Source: Candidatus Latescibacterota bacterium (GTDB taxonomy: Bacteria; Latescibacterota; CBDEFO01). From it: a DNA stretch of 64,000 nucleotides. The position numbers were made by a program, and so were the translations under genes. The stretch spans positions 1,440,001 through 1,504,000 of the forward strand of contig CBDEFO010000008.1 of the NCBI GenBank assembly GCA_965237525.1, given 5' to 3'. Positions 1 through 9,713 of this stretch are shown one piece after another (position 1 is the first letter of the stretch; each line of letters opens with the position of its first letter). Below the pieces are notes generated by a model, which ran no database searches, was not told where the DNA came from, and worked only from the letters and a program-made list of their open reading frames with translations.

Positions 1-309
1 ATACCGTCTGATCAGATTCTAAAGGTGCATGAGGGGAGTCCGAATATACTAGATTCCATACGCAACGATGAGATAGACTTGATGATAAATACCCCATACG
101 ACAAGCGGTTGGGTGAGATGTCTCAGGTAGACGACCGACAGATCAGGAGAGCAGCGATCATGAAAAATGTGGCGTACACCACTACGATTTCCGGGGCTGC
201 GGCTGTCGTATCGGGAGTTGAAGCTTTGAGGAATGGATCCTTGAAGGTTAAGACTTTGCAGGAGTATCATAAGGAGGCGCTCCAAGTCGATGGCGAGCAG
301 GACTCGTAG
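1..309 (+). CDS. carB: Carbamoyl-phosphate synthase large subunit, C-terminal MGS-like domain (5' truncated by window edge)
   Basis: KVHEGSPNILDSIRNDEIDLMINTP...DDRQIRRAAI...YTTTISGAAA...VKTLQEYH matches the CarB C-terminus. Confidence 0.9.
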   Translation: MPSDQILKVHEGSPNILDSIRNDEIDLMINTPYDKRLGEMSQVDDRQIRRAAIMKNVAYTTTISGAAAVVSGVEALRNGSLKVKTLQEYHKEALQVDGEQDS

Positions 310-2200
310 CTTTGGATATTTAAAGTGGGGGGAGCTTTTTTTAGTATGCGCCGTCCTTCTATCCACTTGGGGCTGCGCATATTTTAACACCTTCTACAAC
401 GCGAAAAGGCTCTTTAACCAAGCAGAAAAGAACCGCAAAAAGGTGGAAAAGGAATCACTTTCAGATAGGGATAAACAGAATCTGAGAAGGTCTTATCGTA
501 AGGCGTACGAAGAGGTGGTAAGAAAGGCGTCTGCAGTCTTAGAGTTCTATCCAAACAGCAAGTGGGTGGACGATAGCCTGATGCTCCTTGGCAAGTCATT
601 CTACTTTCAATCAGAATACTTAAAGGGGGCGCGTAAGTTTGAAGAACTTCAGGTAAATTTCCCAGATAGCAAGTTCGTACCGGAGGCTAAATATTGGCAG
701 GGATTGTGCTACTGGAAGTCAGGAAGATATGGGGACGCCAAGGTACTCCTCAGAAAAGCGTCAAATAGGGAAGACTTTAAGCTTGCCGACGACGCTTTAT
801 TTGCTCTGGGCGAAATGAACTTCGAAAATGAGGACTATATAGCGGCTCTGGAGGAATATAAAGAGGCTCTTTCTCGCTTCAAAAAGAGCGATATTAAAGC
901 TAAACTGTGGCAGCGTATCGGCAAGGTGAATATTATCCTGGACAGACCCCATGAAGTTATAGATGCCTTTCGCATGGTCTTAAAGCAAAATCCTGATTCC
1001 AATACAGAATATGAAGCGAGGCTGAAAATCGGGGAACTCTTTGAGTCTCAGGGCAGGTACGAGGATGCGTTAAAGATATACCAAGAATTCATTAAAGACA
1101 AAAAATTCGGAGGATACAAGACCAGAACGCTGCTTAGGATTGCAAGATGCTACGACAACCTGGGTGATACGAGTAGCGCTCTCAACCTCTACCAAAAGAT
1201 TACAGACGAGGGTACCAAGACGGATGAACCGGCCGAGGCTTTGTACTTAATGGCCACTATTTATCAGAGGGAATGGAACGATCTGGAGAAGTCGGTGGAG
1301 CTTTTGGAAAGAGCTGAAAAGGAAGCAAGAAGCGAAGAAATAAGAACTCTGGCGCAAAACCGCCTCCGGGATATAAGGCAGCTGGAAGAATACCAAAAGG
1401 GTGCAGCGGACACTACCGACAGTGCTGCCAGGTCTCTCATCTTGATGGCGGAGCTTTACAGATACAGGTTAGGACAGATAGATTCAGCATTGGCTCTGTA
1501 TCACAAGGTTACAGAAAGGTTCCCCCAGAGCGATCTTGCGCCTAAGGCTGCTTACTGCGTCGGATGGATAAAAAAGGAGGTGCAGAACGACACTTTAGCG
1601 TGGAAGGAGACGCTTGAGGAAATATTGGAAAAGTATCCGAAGACGGAGTACGCAGAGGCGGCAAAGGAACATTTAGGGCTCTCAGAATCTGAGGATGGGA
1701 AGAGTGACAAGGCCAAGGTGATATTCTTGGAGGCGGAGTCGCTATTGTTCGGCAAAGGGGAGCCGAACGATTACATATCAAAATTCGAAGAGATAATATC
1801 AAATCATCCTCAGAGCGAGTATGCATCAAAGGCATCTTACGCAGCGGCTTGGGCTTACGAGAATGTGTTGAAAGATTCGGCCTCGGCTTACCAACTCTAC
1901 GGACAGTTGGTCGAGAAGTTTCCGAAAACCGAGTACGCTTCCATAGCTCAAAAGAAGTTAAAGTTCAAAGCAGATGGAGTCAAAGAACTGTTTGTTCCAG
2001 GAGCTGACAGTGTCGCTACCGATACATCGAGTCTCAAGGAAGATATACATCTTTTGGCTGACCAGGAGGATACACTTACATCTGATATTGAGGAGCATCA
2101 GATGGAAGACGAAGAATGGTGGCAAGAGGATCAACAGTGGCGCCAAGATAAGGGCGAAGATGGAAAATATGTTGTGGAGGAAGGTGGGGAATATAATTGA
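290..2200 (+). CDS. TPR-repeat lipoprotein (BamD/CpoB-like tetratricopeptide protein)
   Basis: Lipobox-like WGC, CAYFNTFYNAK motif, many TPR helices (YPNSKWVDD, FPDSKFVPEA), acidic tail. Confidence 0.8.
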   Translation: MASRTRSFGYLKWGELFLVCAVLLSTWGCAYFNTFYNAKRLFNQAEKNRKKVEKESLSDRDKQNLRRSYRKAYEEVVRKASAVLEFYPNSKWVDDSLMLLGKSFYFQSEYLKGARKFEELQVNFPDSKFVPEAKYWQGLCYWKSGRYGDAKVLLRKASNREDFKLADDALFALGEMNFENEDYIAALEEYKEALSRFKKSDIKAKLWQRIGKVNIILDRPHEVIDAFRMVLKQNPDSNTEYEARLKIGELFESQGRYEDALKIYQEFIKDKKFGGYKTRTLLRIARCYDNLGDTSSALNLYQKITDEGTKTDEPAEALYLMATIYQREWNDLEKSVELLERAEKEARSEEIRTLAQNRLRDIRQLEEYQKGAADTTDSAARSLILMAELYRYRLGQIDSALALYHKVTERFPQSDLAPKAAYCVGWIKKEVQNDTLAWKETLEEILEKYPKTEYAEAAKEHLGLSESEDGKSDKAKVIFLEAESLLFGKGEPNDYISKFEEIISNHPQSEYASKASYAAAWAYENVLKDSASAYQLYGQLVEKFPKTEYASIAQKKLKFKADGVKELFVPGADSVATDTSSLKEDIHLLADQEDTLTSDIEEHQMEDEEWWQEDQQWRQDKGEDGKYVVEEGGEYN

Positions 2201-2256
2201 GTGGCAGCAGTACGTATCAGAAACGCAGGTGGAGCGCCTACCAGAAGCGACCGACA

Positions 2257-3363
2257 ATGACTCAAGATGAGGAATTCATCGCTTACACTCTATCTTTAGC
2301 CGAAAAGGGCAGGGGAACCGCAAATCCCAATCCGCTCGTAGGGACGGTAGTAGTAAAAAACGGCATCGTAATAGGGGAGGGATTTCACAGGAAAGCGGGC
2401 GAGTCACACGCCGAAGTTATAGCTTTGAATCAGGCCGGAGATGAGGCAAAAGGGGCCCATCTTTATGTGAACCTGGAGCCGTGCTCTCACTTCGGAAGGA
2501 CCCCCCCGTGCTCGGACATGATCATCGAAAGGGGGATAGAAAGAGTCGTCTGTTCGATGAAGGATCCGTATACCAAGGTATCAGGAATAGGAATAGAAAA
2601 GCTTAAAAGGGCGCAGATAGAGGTCGTATGCGGTGTCCTTGAGGATGAAGCGATCAAGCAAAATGAAGTGTATTTGAAGTATGTAAGTGTCGGACTCCCA
2701 TTTGTGACGCTGAAGATAGCTCAATCCTTAGATGGAAAGATAGCGACAAAGACAGGAGATTCCAAGTGGATAACTTCCGAAGAATCCCGAAAACGTGTCC
2801 ACAGGATGAGGGCTGAGGCGGACGCTGTCCTGGTTGGAATCAACACTGTGCTTGCGGACGATCCATTTCTGAACACAAGATCGGTAGGAGGGCAAGATCC
2901 GATAAAGATAGTTCTGGACAGCACCCCCAGAATGCCTCTGAATTCTAAAGTGCTTTCGGGAGCGCCGCTTATAGTGGCTGCCTGCAACGGCGCAGATAAA
3001 AGCCGGATAAATAGCCTGGAAAAGCGGGGTGCTGATGTCTGGCTTCTGCCTCCTTTGAACGGAAAGGTGGATATAAAGGAAGTGATGAGGAAAGCGGCAG
3101 AGCAGGAGATATCCCATGTTCTGATAGAAGGCGGCTCTTGTGTGGCGTCGTCGGCGCTCTCGATGGGGATAGTGGATAAGATCGTCGTCTTTATAGCTCC
3201 TAAGATCATAGGCAAAGGAACAGAATCTATCGGGGACATAAAGGTTGAGAACCTGTCGGATTGTGTTGCACTGAGGGATGTGGAGATAGAGAGAATGGGA
3301 GACGATCTTATGTACTCCGCAAAAATCAGTAGACCGTGGACAGGGAAAGGCGAAAGGCAGTAG
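2257..3363 (+). CDS. ribD: Bifunctional riboflavin deaminase/reductase
   Basis: PNPLVG, HAE, NLEPCSHFGRTPPC zinc motifs, SLDGKIA, IEGG; ATG at 2257 preferred over GTG at 2197. Confidence 0.95.
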   Translation: MTQDEEFIAYTLSLAEKGRGTANPNPLVGTVVVKNGIVIGEGFHRKAGESHAEVIALNQAGDEAKGAHLYVNLEPCSHFGRTPPCSDMIIERGIERVVCSMKDPYTKVSGIGIEKLKRAQIEVVCGVLEDEAIKQNEVYLKYVSVGLPFVTLKIAQSLDGKIATKTGDSKWITSEESRKRVHRMRAEADAVLVGINTVLADDPFLNTRSVGGQDPIKIVLDSTPRMPLNSKVLSGAPLIVAACNGADKSRINSLEKRGADVWLLPPLNGKVDIKEVMRKAAEQEISHVLIEGGSCVASSALSMGIVDKIVVFIAPKIIGKGTESIGDIKVENLSDCVALRDVEIERMGDDLMYSAKISRPWTGKGERQ

Positions 3364-3394
3364 TGGCAGACCCGTGTGTCTGCCCTGAAAATAA

Positions 3395-3413
3395 TGTAGG
3401 GGCGAGGGCACTT
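3395..3413 (+). repeat. GTAG-type REP half-site
   Basis: TGTAGGGGCGAGGGCACTT is the exact reverse complement of 36741..36759, next to the RAYT gene. Confidence 0.65.
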
Positions 3414-3549
3414 TGTTCTTTTTGTTGTCTCCACACACCAACAGAGCGCCTACGACGCCCAGAGGCCAGTAGAAAGGAAAGCGAAGCAGCCTCAAGGCAC
3501 TGAGCGGTGTCCCTATCTACCGTCTACTTGTATTTCAGGGGACTGATGT

Positions 3550-4191
3550 TTGTTTACAGGCATAATAGAAGAGCTGGGAGAGGTAGCGCATAAGGACAGA
3601 AAGGGGATGTTTCAAAGGACAGTGGTGCGGGCGCCTAAAACGATCGAAGATGTGGACGTCGGGGACAGTGTAAACATAAATGGGGCCTGTCAGACAGTCG
3701 TGGAGATAGCAGACGGAGCTTTCGTATTCGAGTCCGTGGAGGAGACGCTAAAGAGGACCACTTTAGGCGATCTTAAGGCAGGAGACAAGGTCAATCTGGA
3801 GAGGTCTTTAAGGCTCGAAGGACGCCTGGGCGGCCATCTGGTCCTGGGTCACGTGGACGGTGTGGGGAAGATACTTAAAGAGGAAGATCAGAGCCAAAGT
3901 CTGCTATTTACGATAGAATTTCCCGAAACTTTAGGAAGGTACATAGCATCTAAGGGTTCGATAGCCCTGGACGGAATAAGCCTTACTGTGGTGTCGGCTC
4001 TTTCGGATAGATTCACTGTGGCTGTCATTCCATTTACCCTTGAGCATACTACCTTGGGGACGAGCAGGATAGGAGACAGGGTAAATCTGGAAGTAGATAT
4101 CCTTGCAAGGTACGTTGAAAGATTGATGGAATTTGGAGGAGAATCGGATTCGGGAGTAACGTACGAGCAGTTAGAGGAAATGGGACTTTAA
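3550..4191 (+). CDS. ribE: Riboflavin synthase (alpha chain)
   Basis: MFTGIIEE N-terminus, NGACQTV, VNLERSL, GGHLVLGHVD, VNLEVD; TTG start. Confidence 0.95.
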   Translation: MFTGIIEELGEVAHKDRKGMFQRTVVRAPKTIEDVDVGDSVNINGACQTVVEIADGAFVFESVEETLKRTTLGDLKAGDKVNLERSLRLEGRLGGHLVLGHVDGVGKILKEEDQSQSLLFTIEFPETLGRYIASKGSIALDGISLTVVSALSDRFTVAVIPFTLEHTTLGTSRIGDRVNLEVDILARYVERLMEFGGESDSGVTYEQLEEMGL

Positions 4192-4204
4192 AGCGAGAAA
4201 AAGG

Positions 4205-5443
4205 ATGTGGGATTTCAGCAGCGTCGAGCAAACCGTAGGGGACATAGAGCAGGGCAAGATGGTGATCGTTGTGGATAACGAGGATGCAGAGAGCCCCGGC
4301 GAGTTGGTCATGGCAGCACAGTTGGTGACATCCCAGACTATAAATTTTATGTCCAGACACGGTCATGGGATGATCTGCATGCCGGCGACCAAGGAGAAAT
4401 TAGAGGAATTGGGACTCGAGATGATGGCTCCTGTGGACTTGGTTATGACAAAAGCGGCGTTTATGGTGAGCATAGATGCCGTAGGAACTACAAGGGGAGC
4501 TTCGGCCAGGGATAAGGCGATGACGATTAGGAAGTTTGCCGATCCGGATAGCCGTCCGGAGTACTTCTCATCTCCAGGACACGTCTTCCCACTTATGGCG
4601 CGTCCGGGCGGTGCCTTGAGGAGGGCAGGCCATACTGAGGCGGCGGTGGACCTTGTCCAGCTTGCGGGTTTGGAGCCTGTGGCAGTCATGTGTGGTGGGG
4701 TAATGGACGAAAGCGGAGACCTTGCCAAGCTTCCCTTTCTTGTCAGTATATCCAAGGAGTTCGATCTTAAGATAGTAACTATACAGTCCCTGATCGAATA
4801 CCGCCGAAAGTCGGAGAGCCTGGTCAAATGCCTGGTGGTGATAGAGGACTTTCCGACAAGGTTCGGCACCTTTAAGCTCCATCTTTATAAGAGCGATGTG
4901 GACAAATACCATCATGTGGCGTTGGCGCTAGGCGATATTTCAAAGGATGAGCCGATCTTGGTGAGGATGCACTCTCAATGCCTGACAGGGGACGTCTTCG
5001 GTTCTATGAAATGCGACTGTGGAGAGCAGTTAGAGCAATCTATGAGGATGATCCAAGAGGAGGGAAGGGGAGTCATAGTCTATATGAGGCAGGAGGGAAG
5101 GGGAATAGGATTAGAAAGTAAAATAAGGGCATACAAGCTTCAGGATGAAGGCTACGATACTGTTGAGGCTAATCATATATTAGGGTTTCCACCGGATATG
5201 AGAGACTACGGGATAGGAGCGCAGATTCTGACTGATCTTGGTGTGGTGAAGTTAAGAGCCCTTACGAATAATCCGTCAAAAAGAGTGGGGTTGGAGGAGC
5301 ACGGTCTGGAGATTGTTGAAAGAGTTCCGATAAAGATCAAACCTAATAAGTTTAATAAGAGATATTTAGAGACCAAGCGGGATAAGATGGGGCATATGCT
5401 TGACGATACAGATGAGGATAAAGGAAAGGAATGTCATGGCTAA
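4205..5443 (+). CDS. ribBA: RibB-RibA fusion: intact GTP cyclohydrolase II domain, degenerate DHBP synthase domain
   Basis: [38 protein letters not shown] and LTNNP are intact; N-terminal [13 protein letters not shown] replaces the usual VDDEDRENEGDL. Confidence 0.9.
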   Translation: MWDFSSVEQTVGDIEQGKMVIVVDNEDAESPGELVMAAQLVTSQTINFMSRHGHGMICMPATKEKLEELGLEMMAPVDLVMTKAAFMVSIDAVGTTRGASARDKAMTIRKFADPDSRPEYFSSPGHVFPLMARPGGALRRAGHTEAAVDLVQLAGLEPVAVMCGGVMDESGDLAKLPFLVSISKEFDLKIVTIQSLIEYRRKSESLVKCLVVIEDFPTRFGTFKLHLYKSDVDKYHHVALALGDISKDEPILVRMHSQCLTGDVFGSMKCDCGEQLEQSMRMIQEEGRGVIVYMRQEGRGIGLESKIRAYKLQDEGYDTVEANHILGFPPDMRDYGIGAQILTDLGVVKLRALTNNPSKRVGLEEHGLEIVERVPIKIKPNKFNKRYLETKRDKMGHMLDDTDEDKGKECHG

Positions 5444-5912
5444 GGTGTATGAAGGTCAGCTCTCGGCTCTCGGGAAGAGCTTCGCCATCGTGGTGAGCCG
5501 CTTCAATGAGATAATCACGACAAGACTTTTGGAGGGGGCCTTAGATTCTTTGAAGCGGCACGGTGCGGATGAAGAGAGTATAGAGATAGCCCGGGTTCCT
5601 GGGGCGCTCGAGATTCCGATCGTAGCTCAAAAGCTGGCATCGAGCGGCAAGTTCGATGCCATTATCTGCCTTGGAGCTATCCTAAGGGGACAGACACCGC
5701 ATTTTGACTACGTTGCGGGCGAATCGGCAAAGGGCATAGCGCAGGTGGGATTGAAAACGGGCGTCCCGACCATCTTTGGAATCGTGACCGCAGATACAGT
5801 GGAGCAGGCCTTAGACAGAGCGGGATTGAAGGCCGGAAACAGGGGATCGGACGCCGCTATAAGTGCGATTGAGATGGCCGATCTCATGATCCAGTTCGAT
5901 GGAAAAAGCTAA
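5436..5912 (+). CDS. ribH: 6,7-dimethyl-8-ribityllumazine synthase
   Basis: [38 protein letters not shown] at 5436. Confidence 0.95.
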   Translation: MAKVYEGQLSALGKSFAIVVSRFNEIITTRLLEGALDSLKRHGADEESIEIARVPGALEIPIVAQKLASSGKFDAIICLGAILRGQTPHFDYVAGESAKGIAQVGLKTGVPTIFGIVTADTVEQALDRAGLKAGNRGSDAAISAIEMADLMIQFDGKS

Positions 5913-5920
5913 GGAAAGAT

Positions 5921-6340
5921 ATGTCCACTAGGAGGAAGGCTCGTAAAGTTGCGCTCCAGTCCTTATATTGGGTGGAAAGTGCGGATGATCCGATAGAAGT
6001 GGCGCTGGAAGATGTGGCAAAGAAGGCGAAATTGACACCTGATCTTAGAGGTTTTGCTCTTAGACTCTGTCAGGGGGTGCTGCAGAATAAGGCGCATTTT
6101 GAGTCGCTGATCAAAGAGATAGTGGAACATTGGGAGTTTAGTAGGATCTCCAAGGTGGACAGAATAATTATGTACATAGCCCTTGCGGAGATCCTATTTT
6201 TTGACGACATTCCGCCCAAGGTATCCATTAACGAAGCCATAGAGCTTGCAAAGGACTTCGGCGGAGAGCGCTCGTGGGACTTTGTGAACGGAATTCTGGA
6301 CGCCATTGTGAAAAAAGAAGAGTTATTGAAAGAAGAATAG
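5921..6340 (+). CDS. nusB: Transcription antitermination factor NusB
   Basis: RRKARKVALQSLY, VSINEAIELAK, FVNGILD; canonical position after ribH. Confidence 0.95.
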   Translation: MSTRRKARKVALQSLYWVESADDPIEVALEDVAKKAKLTPDLRGFALRLCQGVLQNKAHFESLIKEIVEHWEFSRISKVDRIIMYIALAEILFFDDIPPKVSINEAIELAKDFGGERSWDFVNGILDAIVKKEELLKEE

Positions 6341-6489
6341 CATATCACTTTGGGAGTAGACGGAACTCAAAGGTTCTAAAAAAGCGCAAGCAACGTCATT
6401 CTGACCCCCCCGAGCGAATCTACCGGGGGTTAAATCGGGCGCAACTAAGCAATCTCATTTGGACTGTTTCTTCCTTTACTTTGACCCAT

Positions 6490-7269
6490 ATGTATATTGA
6501 GAAGTTACGTAGCGTTGTAGTCACAAAATTTGAGACCTTTGATCGCTACGAGAATCTGCTCGCCGTTTTCAGCACTCGGAAAGAGGGGATCAGTCCACCA
6601 CCTTTCGATTCTCTGAATCTGAGTATTACTTCCGGAGATTCAGAAGATAACGTCAGGAGAAATTATCAAGCATTTACGTCGGCGATCGGTGTAACTTTCA
6701 ATAAGTTAGCCCGGACGCGGCAAATTCACCAAGATCAGATAGGGGTAGTTACGTCTCCCGGGATCTACAGAGGTAATGACGCTCTCATCACGGATAGGGA
6801 GGATGTATATCTGGCTATCAGTGCAGCAGATTGTATCCCCCTATTCCTCTACGATCCTGTAAAGCGAGTCTGCGGTGCAGTCCACTCAGGGTGGAGAGGG
6901 ACAGAGAAGGAGATCTCGAAAAAAACTGTCCAAGAGATCGTAGATCTTTTTGGAGTGAATCCCGGCGACATCAAAGCAGTGATAGGACCTTCCATAGGTG
7001 TATGTTGCTACGAAGTGGATGAGGATATAGCCCAGAGATTCGATCCAAGGTTCGTAGACCGCTCAAGTGGAACGTCCACTGCGAATGGCGAAAAGCCTCA
7101 CTTAAACTTACAGGAGGCCAACTTCTCCCAGTTGAAATCCCTCGGCGTCAAGGATGTAGAGATCGTCCACTGCTGCACAAAGTGCAATCAGGATCTGTAC
7201 TATTCATATAGAGGCGGGAACGGCGTTGCAGGCGGGATGAAAGGCGTAATTGGAATGAGAAGGAGTTAA
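6490..7269 (+). CDS. pgeF: Peptidoglycan editing factor / purine nucleoside phosphorylase (YfiH family)
   Basis: QIH, DALIT, ADCIP, HSGWRG, IGPSIGVCCYEV, CTKC...YSYR; ATG at 6490 likely. Confidence 0.9.
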   Translation: MYIEKLRSVVVTKFETFDRYENLLAVFSTRKEGISPPPFDSLNLSITSGDSEDNVRRNYQAFTSAIGVTFNKLARTRQIHQDQIGVVTSPGIYRGNDALITDREDVYLAISAADCIPLFLYDPVKRVCGAVHSGWRGTEKEISKKTVQEIVDLFGVNPGDIKAVIGPSIGVCCYEVDEDIAQRFDPRFVDRSSGTSTANGEKPHLNLQEANFSQLKSLGVKDVEIVHCCTKCNQDLYYSYRGGNGVAGGMKGVIGMRRS

Positions 7270-7274
7270 TAAAG

Positions 7275-7469
7275 ATGCTTACCTCTTTAAGGCTGCAAAA
7301 CTTCAAGTGCTTTAAGGACACAGGCAACATAGATATAAAGCCGATAACTATATTCATAGGCACCAACAACTCAGGCAAAAACAACATACTCCAGCCTCTG
7401 CTGATGTTGAAGCAGACCTTGGAGAGCGGAGATATTGAAAGTCCACTTGTTGTTAGGGCAAGAACATAG
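7275..7469 (+). pseudogene. N-terminal fragment of an ABC/SMC-type AAA ATPase
   Basis: LRLQNFKCF...ITIFIGTNNSGK (Walker A), then a stop after 64 aa. Confidence 0.7.
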
Positions 7470-7754
7470 ACTACGTTCTTACGAGGACTCTATCTATAAC
7501 CAAATTGGTTTCTAATGTTCTTTGCATTAACATTAGGTCTCAATGTTCCAAAATTCTTGTTCTTGTTGCTACGAAACTACATTACTACGCCAGGCATGAA
7601 GGATATGATGCAAAAGACTGGTTTCTTACCTCTGAACATTTCTGTCGAATTAGCTGTACTGATGGAATATGAAGAAGTGTATATATCGCAGAATATCAGT
7701 TGACGCTTGGAAAAGATTTCGTTCTACTTACTATAAAATCGGGCCCTTCTGCGA

Positions 7755-8162
7755 GTGTACAGTTGGTATGACGTATTACATCTCGATGCTGCAACTTTTC
7801 TGCGTTCTATTAGGAAGGAACATTTCATTGCGCTTGATCCTAAAGGGGAAATACGACGTGAATACGAAAGGAATTTAAAGGGTAAGACTGCCGCGGGTAA
7901 ATGGCTTGCAGATATAATAGGGAAAAATAGAGTGATATTCACAAGAAAGCAGTTGCCTAAGACAGATGAAGACCAATTGATCAATGATTTGGGATTTCAC
8001 AATGATGATTTGAAATTCGTTGAAGTAGCTCACCGGACTAAAGATAAACTCCTTGCCACTGAAGACAGCGATTATACTGAAGAAGTAAAGGAATATCTAT
8101 TTTCGAACCTTAAAGTTGATGTTTTAAACATCGAATCTGGACTGAAAAAAGTTGCTCTATAA
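7755..8162 (+). CDS. Putative PIN-like domain protein
   Basis: Acidic motifs GEIRREY, NDDLKFVEVA and LATEDSDY resemble the PIN fold; AT-rich; its stop codon abuts IS copy 1. Confidence 0.45.
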   Translation: MYSWYDVLHLDAATFLRSIRKEHFIALDPKGEIRREYERNLKGKTAAGKWLADIIGKNRVIFTRKQLPKTDEDQLINDLGFHNDDLKFVEVAHRTKDKLLATEDSDYTEEVKEYLFSNLKVDVLNIESGLKKVAL

Positions 8163-9682
8163 AAGCCTTGTGAAATAGTTATGTCCCAGGCAGCGTCTGA
8201 AGCGCCGATTATGGGTCAAAGAGTAGCATATCGTATCGTTTTGCTGTGGAATAAGCAAAATAGTCTTATCAGAGTTCTGGTCAGCAAGGAACAGGAGCTG
8301 TTTGAAGAACAGGATGCACTGTCTTTGACAGACAGGGCACACATAGACGCTTTCCCCCTTCTTATGAAAGATACAAGCCTCTTGAGATTCTGTACTGTTG
8401 CAACAAGATTCAACTGTTCATTCAGTGAGGCTGGTCCTCTATAACGGGCTCGTCCCATACCGTGTTGTTGCCTGGCTTCAGCAAAGATATGTTCACTGCG
8501 TTTACGGAGTCTCCGGGAGAGTTTGTAGTCAGCTGTTAATGAGATAGACCGTGCATGATTTCTGGCTTTCGCCTCTCGCACTTTTCTATCCCGTTCGGCC
8601 TGAATATGTGCTGGATTTGTCTTGTTTTTCCATGTAGGAATCGGTTCAATCTTCTCATCGGCTCGCAGAGGAATATGGGGTATGATTCCCCGGTCAAGTA
8701 CATCAGCGATAAAATTACCAGAACCGTAACCGGTATCGGCACTAAGTGTCTGAATGTCTTTGGGCATGGTGTATGTTTCAAGGTCATCTACCATCTTAAG
8801 GGCACTTTCGGGCTCTGCTGTCCCTGTCGCCTGCGTGCCCTGAGTCTCAAGGATTACTCTGCTTTTTGTGTCGATCAGATCATGGCCCATAAACGAGAGA
8901 AAAGCCCCTTTGCCCTTCGATTTGCTGTATAAGCGCGCGTCGGGGTCTGTAGTCGAACGGTGTGTTTGGTGTCGTCCACTTTTCACCATGAAAGTCTTTA
9001 TCCTGAGGATGCCCGGACCTACCCTTTGTCTTATCACCTTCAAAACCGATTCCCTTGAGATAATCATCAAGAGAAACAGGGGGTTCTATCGGCTCAATAC
9101 TTTTCACTGAAGCATCAGCTTGTATCTGAGTGCCGTCGACACTAAGGTGTTTACCGCTCACAAGACCGACATCTATGCAACACTGGACTACCTGACGCAT
9201 TATCCGTTCAAACAACCCACTGGATGCCCACTTGTGATTGCGAAGCTTGTTGATCGTGCTCCTATCCGGAACCGCATCATCAAATGTCTGATGACAAAAC
9301 AACCGATATGCCGCATGCATCCCCACTTCCTGACAGAGCCGATTCTCACTCAAATTATACAGATAGCCAATAAGGATCATTCGAACAACTAATTCAGGAT
9401 CAATACCGGGTCTGCCATTGTCAGGGCAATAACAATCTGATACAACGTCTCGTACAAATGAAAAATCAACTGCCTCATCAATCTGACGAAGGATATGATC
9501 CTCGGGAACTAAATCCTCCATCTGAAAATAGTGAAACATCGGATTTGTCTGTTCCTGCTTTTGTGGGGTCATTGTTTCCTCCATGTATAATATTATCAAT
9601 AACATAATATAACACATCGGAGCTGCTTTATCAATGCTTGTTCTATACTACTTTCTGAATCTAAGGGTTTTTCACAAGGCTT
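8163..9682 (-). mobile_element. IS1182-like element copy 1; transposase frameshifted
   Basis: Terminal IRs AAGCCTTGTGAAA / TTTCACAAGGCTT; 1520 bp; an extra G near 8971 splits the transposase into ORFs 8880..9617 and 8216..9070; flanks ATAA / CTAA. Confidence 0.92.
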
Positions 9683-9713
9683 CTAATATACCGCCAATTT
9701 GCGGGGTGATAGA

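Noticed and set aside
2721..3495. Long antisense ORFs over ribD (and similar ones over other genes)
   Set aside because: Shadow frames of well-supported genes.
3364..3549. FMN riboswitch in the ribD-ribE gap
   Set aside because: No RFN consensus recognised; the gap is explained by REP-like palindromes.
8157..8932. Short antisense and alternate-frame ORFs repeated in every IS copy (MSQAASE..., MCPVCQR..., MTLKHTP...)
   Set aside because: Their recurrence only reflects IS identity; they have no recognisable domains.
8880..9070. Programmed frameshift in IS copy 1
   Set aside because: The other copies encode one continuous ORF; this is a 1-bp insertion (mutation or sequencing error).
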